From assembly GCA_041661765.1 (NCBI GenBank), contig JBAZTV010000001.1, positions 300,791 to 364,790 on the forward strand: DNA of 64,000 nt, written 5' to 3'. The DNA comes from Candidatus Shapirobacteria bacterium (GTDB taxonomy: Bacteria; Patescibacteriota; Microgenomatia; UBA12405). This document shows, one piece after another, positions 8,988 to 18,791 of this stretch. A program made the translations under genes and the position numbers. Within the stretch, counting starts at the first letter, position 1. Every line of letters starts with the position of its first letter. Under the pieces are notes generated by a model. That model saw only the letters and a program-made list of their open reading frames with translations, had not been told where the DNA came from and did not search any database.

Positions 8988-11078
8988 ATGTTTTCAGATT
9001 TTACTTTTATTATTTCTTGGTGGTTTTTAATTTTTACATTAGGTCTAGCTTGTATACCTCTAACTTTTACTTTATTTAAAAATTTTTGGGATAAAGGTTA
9101 TATTTTTTCCAAAACTATTTGCATTATCGTTTTAACTTATTTAATTTTTATTGGTGGTGTTTTTAAAATTTTAACTTTCACCAGTTTAAATTTATTTTTA
9201 ATCATTCTTTTAATTTTATTTTTTAATTTCCTATTTCTTAAAAGAAAAAACAATTTTTCTGTTTTTTTAAAAACAATTAAGGAAAATTATAAAACTTTCA
9301 TTTTTGAAGAAATTATTTTTCTTTTAATTTTAGTTGTTTGGTCGTTTATTCGTGGTTTTATGCCAGATATTGAAGGTTTAGAAAAATATATGGATTGGGG
9401 TTTTATTAATTCTGCCTTAAGATCAGAGTTTTTACCGCCTCAAGATATGTGGTTTTCTGGTGAAATTATAAATTATTATTATTTTGGTCATCTTATTTTT
9501 GCTGTTTTAACTAAATTAAGCACTATTAGTTCGGCCATTACTTATAATTTATCTATTGCCACCGTCTGTGCCTTAACTTTTACATCTTCTTTTTCTATCG
9601 CTTCTAATTTAGTCTTCCTCACTCTCAAAAAAATCGATTTCAAAAAAATTATCATCGCTGGTCTAATTTCTGCTCTACTTTTAACTTTTGGTGGCAATCT
9701 TCATACCGTTTATAAAATTACCCAAATAAATATTACCGATAATGGCAAATTAACCCTAACAAAAGAAGCAATTACTAAAGCTGTCGACAAATACTGGTAT
9801 CCCGACGCCACTCGTTTTATTGGTTACGATCCAGATGTTAAAGACAAAACTATTCACGAGTTTCCGATTTATAGTTTTGTTGTGGCTGATCTTCACGGTC
9901 ATATGAACGACATTCCTGTTATTTTATTTTTTATGGCCTTTTTATTAGCCTCGAGTTTTTATTCATCCATACTAATTAACAATCTTTTAGTTATTATTTC
10001 TGGTTTTATTCTGTCGATTGCCTATATGACCAATGCTTGGGATTTCGCTATCTATGGTCTTCTTTTTGCTATTTTCACTTTCTTTTTAAATTTAAAAAAT
10101 GATTCAAAAACAGCCATTAAAAAAACTTTTATTAATGGAATTTTAACCATTATTTGTTGGTTTATTTTTTCCCTACCATTTTCTTTAAATTTTACCCCTA
10201 TGGGTAATGGTATTAAAATCTCGGATAACCACAGTCTTTTTTACCAACTATTTATCTTATATGGTGGCTTTTGGTTAATCATTTTACCTTTATTACTTTT
10301 ATTTTCAATAAAAAAAATTAAAAGAAAAAAAATCAATTTACAAACCTCTGATATTTTTGTTTTAGCTATTATTATCACTGCTACTCTTTTAATAATTATT
10401 CCCGAAATAATTTATTTAAAAGATATTTATATATATGAGCATCGACGTGCCAACACTATGTTCAAATTAACCTATCAGGCTTTTATTATGTATTCTTTAG
10501 TTTCTGGTTATGTTTTTTATAAAATTCGGATTCTATTAAAACCTAAATGGCTTAATTCTTTATACGGCCTACTATTTGCCATAATTTTTTCTATACAATT
10601 AATTTACCCCTATTTTACCATCAGATCATTTTACGGTTCTCTTAAAAATTATCAAGGATTATGGGGATTAAATTATTTAAAAAATGATTACCCTGATAAT
10701 TTTAATGCCATTAATTGGATTAATAAAAATATTTCTAATCAATCAGTAATGCTCGAAGCTGTTGGTGATAGCTATACTACTTTTAATCAAGTTTCATCCG
10801 CCACTGGGCTACCGACTGTTCAAGGTTGGATTGTGCATGAATGGCTTTGGCGCGGTGGCTACGATAAGCCTAAATTGCGTCAAGACAATGTCGAGGCTAT
10901 TTATGAAAGTGAAGATATTGGTCGATTGAAACAGTTAATTCAAAAATATAACATTAAATATATTTTTATTGGCGATAAGGAATATGAAAAATATCCAGGC
11001 CTAAATGAAGATAATTTCAAAGAAATTGGTGGGCAAGTTATTTTTCAGTCTGGTAAAACTAAAATTTACCAACTATAG
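8988..11078 (+). CDS. DUF2298 / chlor_Arch_YYY-domain large membrane protein (putative glycosyltransferase-like)
   Basis: 696 aa, many TM helices, diagnostic EIINYYYFGH (YYY motif) segment. Confidence 0.55.
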   Translation: MFSDFTFIISWWFLIFTLGLACIPLTFTLFKNFWDKGYIFSKTICIIVLTYLIFIGGVFKILTFTSLNLFLIILLILFFNFLFLKRKNNFSVFLKTIKENYKTFIFEEIIFLLILVVWSFIRGFMPDIEGLEKYMDWGFINSALRSEFLPPQDMWFSGEIINYYYFGHLIFAVLTKLSTISSAITYNLSIATVCALTFTSSFSIASNLVFLTLKKIDFKKIIIAGLISALLLTFGGNLHTVYKITQINITDNGKLTLTKEAITKAVDKYWYPDATRFIGYDPDVKDKTIHEFPIYSFVVADLHGHMNDIPVILFFMAFLLASSFYSSILINNLLVIISGFILSIAYMTNAWDFAIYGLLFAIFTFFLNLKNDSKTAIKKTFINGILTIICWFIFSLPFSLNFTPMGNGIKISDNHSLFYQLFILYGGFWLIILPLLLLFSIKKIKRKKINLQTSDIFVLAIIITATLLIIIPEIIYLKDIYIYEHRRANTMFKLTYQAFIMYSLVSGYVFYKIRILLKPKWLNSLYGLLFAIIFSIQLIYPYFTIRSFYGSLKNYQGLWGLNYLKNDYPDNFNAINWINKNISNQSVMLEAVGDSYTTFNQVSSATGLPTVQGWIVHEWLWRGGYDKPKLRQDNVEAIYESEDIGRLKQLIQKYNIKYIFIGDKEYEKYPGLNEDNFKEIGGQVIFQSGKTKIYQL

Positions 11079-11090
11079 TTAATCTTACCC

Positions 11091-13022
11091 ATGGAAGATA
11101 TTTTAGAAGGTTTAAACCCAAATCAAAAAGAAGCAGTTATCCATATTGGCTCTCCTTTGCTTTTATTAGCTGGAGCTGGTTCTGGTAAAACTCGAGTTTT
11201 AACTCACCGTGTAGCCTATTTTATTCAAAAAAAAATTGCCAAACCATCAGAAATTTTACTTCTCACTTTCACCAATAAGGCCGCCGAGGAGATGAGAAAC
11301 CGTACTAATAGATTAATTGTAGAGACGCCCCGACGGGGCGTCTCTACAACTGATAAAAATAATAAATCTTTATTAAAACAAAATATTTTTGCTGGAACTT
11401 TTCATTCTTTTTGCTGTCGAGTTTTACGTGCCGATGGCAATAATATTGGCATTCCCCCTAAATTTGTTATTTACGACTCAAATGATCAGGAAAATTTAAT
11501 CAAAAATATTCTTCACGAACTTGGCTTAACTACTAAAGAATTTAAACCTTCCAGCGTCTTATATTATATCGAAGCCGCAAAAAATTCTTTTCAAACTCCA
11601 AAAGACATGATTGCCCAAAGTCATGGTTTTTGGCAAGATTATGCCAGTAAAATTTATTCTCGTTACCAACAAAAACTATTTGAATTTCATGCTCTCGATT
11701 TTAACGATCTTTTATTTAAAACCGTTGAATTATTTTTACAATATCCAGATGTTTTGGCTAAATATCAAGATATTTATAAATTTATTATGGTTGATGAATA
11801 TCAAGACACTAATCAAATTCAATATCTTCTAACCAAACTTTTAGCCAAAAAATACAACCAAATTACTGTTGTTGGCGATGCTTCGCAGGCAATTTATGGT
11901 TGGCGCGGTGCCGATTATCGCAATCTTGTTAGTTTTACTACCGATTTCAAAAATACCAAAGTTATTAATCTTGAAGAAAACTATCGTTCCACTCAAATTA
12001 TTCTCGATGCTGCCAATACAGTCATTTCTAAAAATAATTCTCATCCAATTTTAAAATTATTCACTCAAAAAAAATCAGAAGATAAAATAAAAATTTTTGA
12101 AGCCGAATCAGAGGTTGCCGAGGCTGACTTTACTGCTTCCAAAATTAAATTTATTAATGATAATTTAAAAATTCCTTTGCGAAATATTGCCGTTCTTTAC
12201 CGGATGAATGCTCAATCGCGTGTTTTAGAAGAAGCCTTTTTGCGTCAGAGCATCCCTTATGTTTTATTAGGTGGGATTCGTTTTTATGAGCGTGCCGAAA
12301 TCAAAGATATTTTATCGATGCTTCGTTTTGCCAGTAATCCTGCAGATCATATTTCCGAAGAGAGAATCGAAAAAGCATTAGGCAAACGCAAAAAAGCAGT
12401 TCTAATTAATCATCTTGAAGATATGGATTTAGAAAACCTCACTTCACTTCAAATACTAGAATCATTGGTTGTAAATTCTGGCTATCTTAATAAATTTGAT
12501 GCTAAAGATGAGGAAGATCAGAAAAGAATTGAAAATATTAAAGAATTAAAATCAGTTGCTGCCGCACATCCTCAATTAAGTGCTTTTTTAGAAAATATCA
12601 CTTTAGTTCAACAAGAATATTCTCTTCAAGAAAAAAATAAGAAAAAAGAAAAACGCGACGGAGTTAAACTAATGACTCTTCACAGTGCCAAAGGTTTGGA
12701 GTTTGAAGTTGTTTTTATGGTTGGTTTTGAAGAGGGAATTTTACCTCACTCTCGCTGCCTAATTAACGAATCAGAAATCGAAGAAGAACGTCGTCTTTGT
12801 TATGTTGGTATTACTCGTGCGAAAGATTATCTTTATATTTCATATGCCAATAAACGTCTATTTTTCGGTAAAAGTAGCCTCAATGAACCGAGTCGATTTT
12901 TAGCCGATATTCCTCAAGAATTAGTTGAATTTGAGGAAAGTTTAGAAACCGTTCATGATTATCGCCATCCCAGAAAATCCAAAGACGATGATGACATCAT
13001 TTATGATCCCGATATATACTAA
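11091..13022 (+). CDS. UvrD/PcrA-family ATP-dependent DNA helicase
   Basis: Walker A AGAGSGKTRVL, DEYQDTN (motif II), later helicase motifs (GDASQAIYGWRGA, TLHSAKGLEF, GITRAKD); contains in-frame REP hairpin insertion at 11317..11349. Confidence 0.85.
   Translation: MEDILEGLNPNQKEAVIHIGSPLLLLAGAGSGKTRVLTHRVAYFIQKKIAKPSEILLLTFTNKAAEEMRNRTNRLIVETPRRGVSTTDKNNKSLLKQNIFAGTFHSFCCRVLRADGNNIGIPPKFVIYDSNDQENLIKNILHELGLTTKEFKPSSVLYYIEAAKNSFQTPKDMIAQSHGFWQDYASKIYSRYQQKLFEFHALDFNDLLFKTVELFLQYPDVLAKYQDIYKFIMVDEYQDTNQIQYLLTKLLAKKYNQITVVGDASQAIYGWRGADYRNLVSFTTDFKNTKVINLEENYRSTQIILDAANTVISKNNSHPILKLFTQKKSEDKIKIFEAESEVAEADFTASKIKFINDNLKIPLRNIAVLYRMNAQSRVLEEAFLRQSIPYVLLGGIRFYERAEIKDILSMLRFASNPADHISEERIEKALGKRKKAVLINHLEDMDLENLTSLQILESLVVNSGYLNKFDAKDEEDQKRIENIKELKSVAAAHPQLSAFLENITLVQQEYSLQEKNKKKEKRDGVKLMTLHSAKGLEFEVVFMVGFEEGILPHSRCLINESEIEEERRLCYVGITRAKDYLYISYANKRLFFGKSSLNEPSRFLADIPQELVEFEESLETVHDYRHPRKSKDDDDIIYDPDIY
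11317..11349. repeat. REP hairpin inserted in-frame in UvrD/PcrA helicase gene: TTGTAGAGACGCC-CCGACGG-GGCGTCTCTACAA
   Basis: 13-bp perfect stem, 7-nt loop; GC-rich island in AT-rich CDS; translated as ...VETPRRGVSTTDK... Confidence 0.7.
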
Positions 13023-13031
13023 ATTATCAAC

Positions 13032-14075
13032 ATGACTACTAAAATTCTTACCATTAAAGACAAAGAAAAATACGACTCTTTAATTATTCATCCAGTTCAA
13101 ACCTGGGAGTGGGGAGATTTTCAAATTTCCCAAGGACATACAGTTTATCGCCTCGGCGTTTTTGATGATAAAGAAAAAATAATTTCTGCCTATTCTGTCA
13201 GTTTTCATAAAATTCCTAAAACCAAATTTTCTATTGGTACGATTCTTCGTGGTCCAGAAATCGACGATGAAGCCATCAAAGAAATCACCGAAATTGCCAA
13301 AAAAGAAAACGCCATTTTTGTTAAGTTCGAACCAAATATTATTCATAAAAAATTTGATAATTTTAACAACAGCATTCCTATTTTCAAAAAACCAAATTTT
13401 CAAAATCTCAAAAAATCACCCAAAGTTGCTTTTTACCCCTTCACTTATTTAATCGACTTAACTAAAAGCGAAACTGAATTATTAGAATCAATGCATTCTA
13501 AGACTCGTTACAATATCAGAGTTGCTAATCGTTATAGTGTTGAAGTTGAAGAACGAACCGATGATAAAGGTTTTGAAATTTATTTAAAACTTCTCCTCGC
13601 TACCACCAAACGTCAGGGTTTTTATTTACACACCGAAAAATATCATCGCGATTTATGGAAAAAGTTAAAAGACACTGGTATGATTCACATCATATTGGCC
13701 TCTTATCAAAATGAAGTTCTTTCCGCCTTTATGATTTTCAAATTAAAAGACCAATTATTTTATCCATACGGTGCCTCTCTCCATACTAATCGTCAAGTCA
13801 TGGCTCAAAATCTTTTAATGTGGGAAGTAATTAAACTTGGTAAAAAATTAAAGTGTAAAACTTTTGATATGTGGGGTTGTCTTGGTCCACACGCCAAAGA
13901 AACTGAAAATGGTTTCGGTTTTCATCGTTTTAAGCAGGGCTATGGCGGTCAATTAGTCGAATATGTTGGAACTTATGATTTAATCATCAATCCAATTTTT
14001 TATAAAATTTACAATTCTGCTGATAAAATTCGCTGGAAAATTCTCCGTCTTAAGGCAAAAATTCTAAGAAAATAA
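13032..14075 (+). CDS. FemAB-family peptidoglycan interpeptide-bridge aminoacyltransferase-like
   Basis: Two-lobed GNAT-like FemX/FemAB pattern (SKTRYNIR, ...ASYQNEVLSAFMIF, YPYGAS). Confidence 0.55.
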   Translation: MTTKILTIKDKEKYDSLIIHPVQTWEWGDFQISQGHTVYRLGVFDDKEKIISAYSVSFHKIPKTKFSIGTILRGPEIDDEAIKEITEIAKKENAIFVKFEPNIIHKKFDNFNNSIPIFKKPNFQNLKKSPKVAFYPFTYLIDLTKSETELLESMHSKTRYNIRVANRYSVEVEERTDDKGFEIYLKLLLATTKRQGFYLHTEKYHRDLWKKLKDTGMIHIILASYQNEVLSAFMIFKLKDQLFYPYGASLHTNRQVMAQNLLMWEVIKLGKKLKCKTFDMWGCLGPHAKETENGFGFHRFKQGYGGQLVEYVGTYDLIINPIFYKIYNSADKIRWKILRLKAKILRK

Positions 14076-14082
14076 AAAAAAC

Positions 14083-14121
14083 GGGAAGCTTTTAAATCTT
14101 TTCAGATTCAAAAAACTTCCC
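14083..14121. terminator. long hairpin between convergent FemAB-like (+) and VanW-like (-) genes, A8 upstream / T8 on minus strand
   Basis: GGGAAGC-TTTTAAATCT-TTTC-AGATTCAAAA-AACTTCCC. Confidence 0.5.
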
Positions 14122-14141
14122 ATTAAGGAAAATCGGATTAA

Positions 14142-14828
14142 CTAATTATTGGGATATATCAGTTTATAAAAACTGACATGCAGGACACAATTTTTATCAA
14201 CATTACATTTGATGCGAATATCGTGGTCTTTATTATTTTTAAACTTATTATCGATGTTGCCATCCATATAAACTGTAGCATCAATAAGGTGTTGGTCCGG
14301 GTTCGTTGCAAAATAATAAGGCGTGTATTCATGTGGAGTTATTTCAATTTGTTTTAATCCAACTCTTTTAACTGCGGTGGCTAATCCAACTACAAGACGA
14401 CATACACCAGAAGAAACAACTTCAGTTATTTCTTCTTTACCATTTATTGTAATCGGCATACTACCATAAACAAAACCATTAGCCTCCGTTCTTGGTGCCA
14501 CTACTGTGTTGTAAGAAAAAGTTTCTCCTGATTTTAGTACATACTTATCAAGGATTTCCGCTGCTCGACGAGCATTAACTGTTCCTGGTTCATCTCTTAA
14601 TTTGATTTGAACTTCAGGGGCCATCAATACCTCTGTCGGGATTCCATTTCTATTTATTTGAGGTTCAATATTAACTTCTACTACTTTAGTCTCAGTCGTA
14701 ATCGGTACAGGTGTTACTGTTAATTTTATTGTTGTCGGTTCTTCTAATACTTTTAACACTACTATTATTGCAACAATAGTTACCACTATTACCATTACAG
14801 TCATTAAAAACCCCAATATTTTTTTCAT
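14142..14828 (-). CDS. VanW-like domain protein (membrane anchored)
   Basis: N-terminal TM; SSGVCRLVVGLATAVKRVGLKQIEITPHEYTPYY resembles VanW core GGG(V/I)CQVSTTLYNA... Confidence 0.4.
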   Translation of the reverse strand: MKKILGFLMTVMVIVVTIVAIIVVLKVLEEPTTIKLTVTPVPITTETKVVEVNIEPQINRNGIPTEVLMAPEVQIKLRDEPGTVNARRAAEILDKYVLKSGETFSYNTVVAPRTEANGFVYGSMPITINGKEEITEVVSSGVCRLVVGLATAVKRVGLKQIEITPHEYTPYYFATNPDQHLIDATVYMDGNIDNKFKNNKDHDIRIKCNVDKNCVLHVSFYKLIYPNN

Positions 14829-14849
14829 TTTACAAACCCCTTCTTTTTT

Positions 14850-16775
14850 TTAATCAGCACACAGTTCAACAAATGCATTAATTACTCTCTGAGGATTAGT
14901 TGATGGACTTGGTAGTTCTACTAAAGCTGTTCTTGGTGCATAATTCATTGCCCAAGCAGAGAAATAACCAGGAGCTCCAATCAGACCACCACTTCTTCCA
15001 ATTCCAATAGTGTTATTAAAATAACTACACAAATTAGAGGAGCCAAAAGTTGTTCCCAACCAACCATGAATATCAACAACATCTGTTGGTTTAATTTTTA
15101 ATACCAAATCTCGGAGAGCCCTTGATTCTGGTGCTGAGAATGGTGACAGTGTTTTATTCCTGGAATTGTAATTTTTTGACCAGTAATTACTAAAATCTCT
15201 ATTAAGGTCAATTCCTTCTGATACCTGGCATCTGCCTGGGCCATTATTAGTCCAACCATTCACTATTCCGTCAGGATTAGCACTACTAATAATAAACAAT
15301 GAGGTGTTTTCAAGTTCATTAGGATGAGCCGTAAAATAAGCAATTACCGAATTTCCGATATTAACTAATACTTGACCATCGTTCTGATAACCATCTTCCC
15401 AACCATGAAGTTCAAAAGTAGCTAGAACCACCTTTTTAGGATTTGATACCTCCATTGATGTCACATACAAAGGTCTTCCTTCTCCACTTTTTCCATATTC
15501 ATTAGTAGTGATTTTATAACCAACAATATTAATTATGAGCTTAATCTTTCCATTATAACCTTCGATACTTCCTTCAATATTTTTTTGGCCTGTCATACTT
15601 ATATCAACAGGTGAGCTCCAAACCACAGATTTAGATACCACCTCACTGTTGTAAAGTATTGCGGTCACTGTTGTTGGTAGTTGATAAGTTTGATTTTGAT
15701 AAACAGTTTCAATAATATCTGATATTGAGTAAACACTATTGTAATTTACCGAACCATTTAACAAACTTTTAACATTATTGAGCAATTTTTCAGAGACAAC
15801 GCCGCTCCCTCCCAAAATAATTAAATTCAGATTATTATCTGAATTTTCACTTAAATAAACAGCTGTTGTTGGCGGAAGTGTTTCTATTTTAGAATCAACC
15901 AACACTACTGGATCTCCTGTTTTTGCTGCCAAAACACTTCCTGTCAAGGCATCTGCAAAACTATTACCAGAGGAGATGTAGACATTTTTTGGTTTTTTGA
16001 TAAAAGTTTTTACAACTAATATATTAGTATCAAATCTGTCTTGTCCCGCTAAACGTATTACATTACTATCAGGAATAACCGTTTCTATTTCAGACTCCAA
16101 TTTTTCCGATATCACCGACGTTCCACCAATAATATAAACATTTGATGGTTTTTTTTCCGTCAAATAATTTATATTATTTATTGACAATTCATTCTTATTT
16201 GTCAGTAGGATAGGCCATCCATTACTTGCAGCAATACTTGAAATGCTCAAAGCATCAGGAAAATTAATTCCAGAAGCAATTACTACAGGAGTATTATTTA
16301 CGGCATTTAATTTTTGGATAATTAAAAAGTTTGTTTCATATCTATCAATCCCTCCAATCCTTTCAACAGAATAGCCTAAGTTTTTTAATTGAGTTTCAAA
16401 ACTAATATCAACTGCAACACTTCCCCCTATGATATAAATTGTTCCTTTTTTATTCATGTGATCACTAATATACTTAAAAGCCGTAATTGAATCTTGGATA
16501 TTACTTCCTATTAATAAAATTGGTGCTTGTATTTTTTTAGCAAAAACACTCACTGATAGTGAATCGGGAAAGTCATTGCCAGATGCAATAATTACATTTT
16601 GAACAATTTCAGAATTAAGTTGTTCTGAGATTAATACTGCAGTACTATACCTGTCTACCCCCGATATTATTTGTATTGATGATGCTTCAACAGTTGGTAT
16701 TGGTGGGAATGATGTCAAAAACATTACAACAAAAAAAACAACAGCCACATAGACCACTCTTTTAGTTTTAAACAT
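14850..16775 (-). CDS. secreted protein with three cell-wall-binding repeat 2 (CWB2-like) modules and a C-terminal M14 zinc-carboxypeptidase-like domain
   Basis: Signal peptide; repeated G(V/I/Q)DRY(S/E)T modules; C-terminal NPDG and IDLNRDF motifs characteristic of M14 peptidases. Confidence 0.55.
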   Translation of the reverse strand: MFKTKRVVYVAVVFFVVMFLTSFPPIPTVEASSIQIISGVDRYSTAVLISEQLNSEIVQNVIIASGNDFPDSLSVSVFAKKIQAPILLIGSNIQDSITAFKYISDHMNKKGTIYIIGGSVAVDISFETQLKNLGYSVERIGGIDRYETNFLIIQKLNAVNNTPVVIASGINFPDALSISSIAASNGWPILLTNKNELSINNINYLTEKKPSNVYIIGGTSVISEKLESEIETVIPDSNVIRLAGQDRFDTNILVVKTFIKKPKNVYISSGNSFADALTGSVLAAKTGDPVVLVDSKIETLPPTTAVYLSENSDNNLNLIILGGSGVVSEKLLNNVKSLLNGSVNYNSVYSISDIIETVYQNQTYQLPTTVTAILYNSEVVSKSVVWSSPVDISMTGQKNIEGSIEGYNGKIKLIINIVGYKITTNEYGKSGEGRPLYVTSMEVSNPKKVVLATFELHGWEDGYQNDGQVLVNIGNSVIAYFTAHPNELENTSLFIISSANPDGIVNGWTNNGPGRCQVSEGIDLNRDFSNYWSKNYNSRNKTLSPFSAPESRALRDLVLKIKPTDVVDIHGWLGTTFGSSNLCSYFNNTIGIGRSGGLIGAPGYFSAWAMNYAPRTALVELPSPSTNPQRVINAFVELCAD

Positions 16776-16883
16776 TTTGAACCCTCCCTTTCATTAATCC
16801 GATTTTTTAAAGTACAACCAAGCTAACCTATAAAACTTTTTACTAAAGCGCAAGGATTTAGTTTTTTGTTTTATAGAAAAGAA

Positions 16884-16908
16884 AATTAAAGCTTAATAAG
16901 CTTTAATT
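16884..16908. promoter_or_regulatory. 25-bp perfect palindrome AATTAAAGCTTA-A-TAAGCTTTAATT in divergent promoter region (candidate operator)
   Basis: Read directly; located in the 250-bp AT-rich intergenic region between the M14 peptidase (-) and gatC (+). Confidence 0.35.
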
Positions 16909-17025
16909 AATTTTATATCACAAATCATATTAAAATTGTTATAATTAAACCTATAAATAAATCTATTAGTAATAATATTTATGAATTAGTTCATTTTTTT
17001 TATTTTAAATGTTTTAAAATACATT

Positions 17026-17325
17026 ATGTCTTTACCAAAGATTTCTATGGTCGAATTAGAGCATATTGCTAAACTGGCCAGAATCAATTTATCAGAATCT
17101 GAAAAGAATACTTTCTTGCCACAGCTCGAATCTGTCTTAAATTCTTTTGATGTTTTAAATAAAATTAATACCGACAATGTTGAGCCAACTTTTAGAGTCA
17201 ATAAACAATCAAATGTTTTTCGTCAGGATGAGATAAAGGAATCATTACCACAATCTGTCGCACTTTCCACTGCCGCTGTCACTAAAGATGGTTATTTTGT
17301 TGTCACCAACACTATCAAAAAATAA
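17026..17325 (+). CDS. gatC: Asp-tRNA(Asn)/Glu-tRNA(Gln) amidotransferase subunit C
   Basis: 99 aa; ELEHIAKLARINLSE... GatC signature; followed immediately by gatA and gatB. Confidence 0.8.
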   Translation: MSLPKISMVELEHIAKLARINLSESEKNTFLPQLESVLNSFDVLNKINTDNVEPTFRVNKQSNVFRQDEIKESLPQSVALSTAAVTKDGYFVVTNTIKK

Positions 17326-17326
17326 T

Positions 17327-18790
17327 ATGGACTATTCAACTCTTTCTATTCAGCAAATTCGTCAACTGTTACTCGACAAAAAAGCCACAGCAACAGAAAT
17401 CACTAAATTTTTTATCGATCGTGTCAAAAATATTGACCCTAAAATTAATGCCTTTGTTACCATTACTGAAAAAGAAGCCCTAAGACAGGCAGAAATTTTA
17501 GATGCCAAAATAAGTAAAGGTGAGAAAATTGGTAAATTAGCCGGATCAATCATGGCTGTTAAAGATATTTATTTAACTAAAGACATTCAAACTACTTCCA
17601 GTTCTCAAGTTTTAAAAGGCTATATTCCTCAATATTCTTCCACTGTCTATCAAAAATTAATTGACGAAGATGCCATAATCATCGGCAAAACCAATACCGA
17701 TCCTTTTGCTTTTGGTGGTTCCACTGAAAATTCTGGTTTTTTTACCACTAAAAATCCTTGGAACCTAGATATGGTTCCTGGCGGTTCTTCTGGTGGTTCA
17801 GCTGCTGCCATCGCCGCTAATCTTTGTCATTTTGCCCTCGGTACCGACACTGGTGGTTCCATTCGTCAACCAGCTTCGCTTTGTGGCGTTTCTGGTCTTA
17901 AACCAACTTATGGATTAAATTCTCGTTACGGCATCACCAGTATGGCCTCATCGTTTGATTGTCCTGGTGTGTTTGCTAGAACCGTGACCGACATTGCCAC
18001 TGTCACTCAAATCACTGCTGGACACGACCCTTATGACGCCACTTCAATTAATCAATCAATACCTGACTACACTAAACTTTTAGACAGTGTCAATCTTTCT
18101 GGTTTAAAAATTGGTTTACCAAAAGAATATTTTTCCAGTGCCATCAATAGTGAAGTAAAAAATAAAATAATGGAGACTGCAAAATTATTTGAAAGTAAAG
18201 GATCCATTCTTAAAGAAGTTTCTTTACCAAGTACCGATTTAGGTCTGGCAGTTTATTACATTTTGGTTCCCTCAGAAATTTCTGCCAACATGGCTCGCTA
18301 TGACGGTATTCGTTGTGGTCAAACAATTTCTAATTCAGCTGACATAATTTCTTATTACATGAATACTCGTGGTCAATTTATGGAACCAGAAATAAAACGT
18401 CGAATTTTAATCGGCACTTATGCCCTATCTTCTGGTTATTATGATGCCTATTACACCAAAGCCGCCAAAGTTCGTACCTTAATCAAAAAAGAATTTACAG
18501 ATGTTTTATCCGAAGTTGATGTTATTTTGGCTCCCTGTTCTCCTACCACAGCTTGGAAAATTGGCGCCAAATGCGACAATCCTCTCGAAATGTATTTAGC
18601 CGATATTTACACTGTTTGTATTAATGTTGCCGGTGTCCCATCAATCGCCCTTCCCTGTGGTTTTGATTCCCAAAAATTACCCATCGGTTTTCAGTTAATC
18701 GGTAACTTTTTTGAAGAATCTAAAATTATGTCCGTTGGTCATCAATATCAACAATTCACCGATTATCATTTACAACAACCAAAAATATAA
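17327..18790 (+). CDS. gatA: Glu-tRNA(Gln) amidotransferase subunit A (amidase signature family)
   Basis: ATG at 17327 one nt after gatC stop (MDYSTLSIQQIR...); amidase GGSSGGSAAA motif and Ser-cisSer-Lys signature. Confidence 0.9.
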   Translation: MDYSTLSIQQIRQLLLDKKATATEITKFFIDRVKNIDPKINAFVTITEKEALRQAEILDAKISKGEKIGKLAGSIMAVKDIYLTKDIQTTSSSQVLKGYIPQYSSTVYQKLIDEDAIIIGKTNTDPFAFGGSTENSGFFTTKNPWNLDMVPGGSSGGSAAAIAANLCHFALGTDTGGSIRQPASLCGVSGLKPTYGLNSRYGITSMASSFDCPGVFARTVTDIATVTQITAGHDPYDATSINQSIPDYTKLLDSVNLSGLKIGLPKEYFSSAINSEVKNKIMETAKLFESKGSILKEVSLPSTDLGLAVYYILVPSEISANMARYDGIRCGQTISNSADIISYYMNTRGQFMEPEIKRRILIGTYALSSGYYDAYYTKAAKVRTLIKKEFTDVLSEVDVILAPCSPTTAWKIGAKCDNPLEMYLADIYTVCINVAGVPSIALPCGFDSQKLPIGFQLIGNFFEESKIMSVGHQYQQFTDYHLQQPKI

Positions 18791-18791
18791 A

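Noticed and set aside
11611-12054. Three short ORFs (11611..11832 +, 11841..12044 -, 11869..12054 +)
   Set aside because: All nested within the UvrD/PcrA helicase gene in other frames; AT-rich frame noise
13080-13452. ORFs 13080..13403 (-) and 13234..13452 (+)
   Set aside because: Nested in the FemAB-like gene; low-complexity translations
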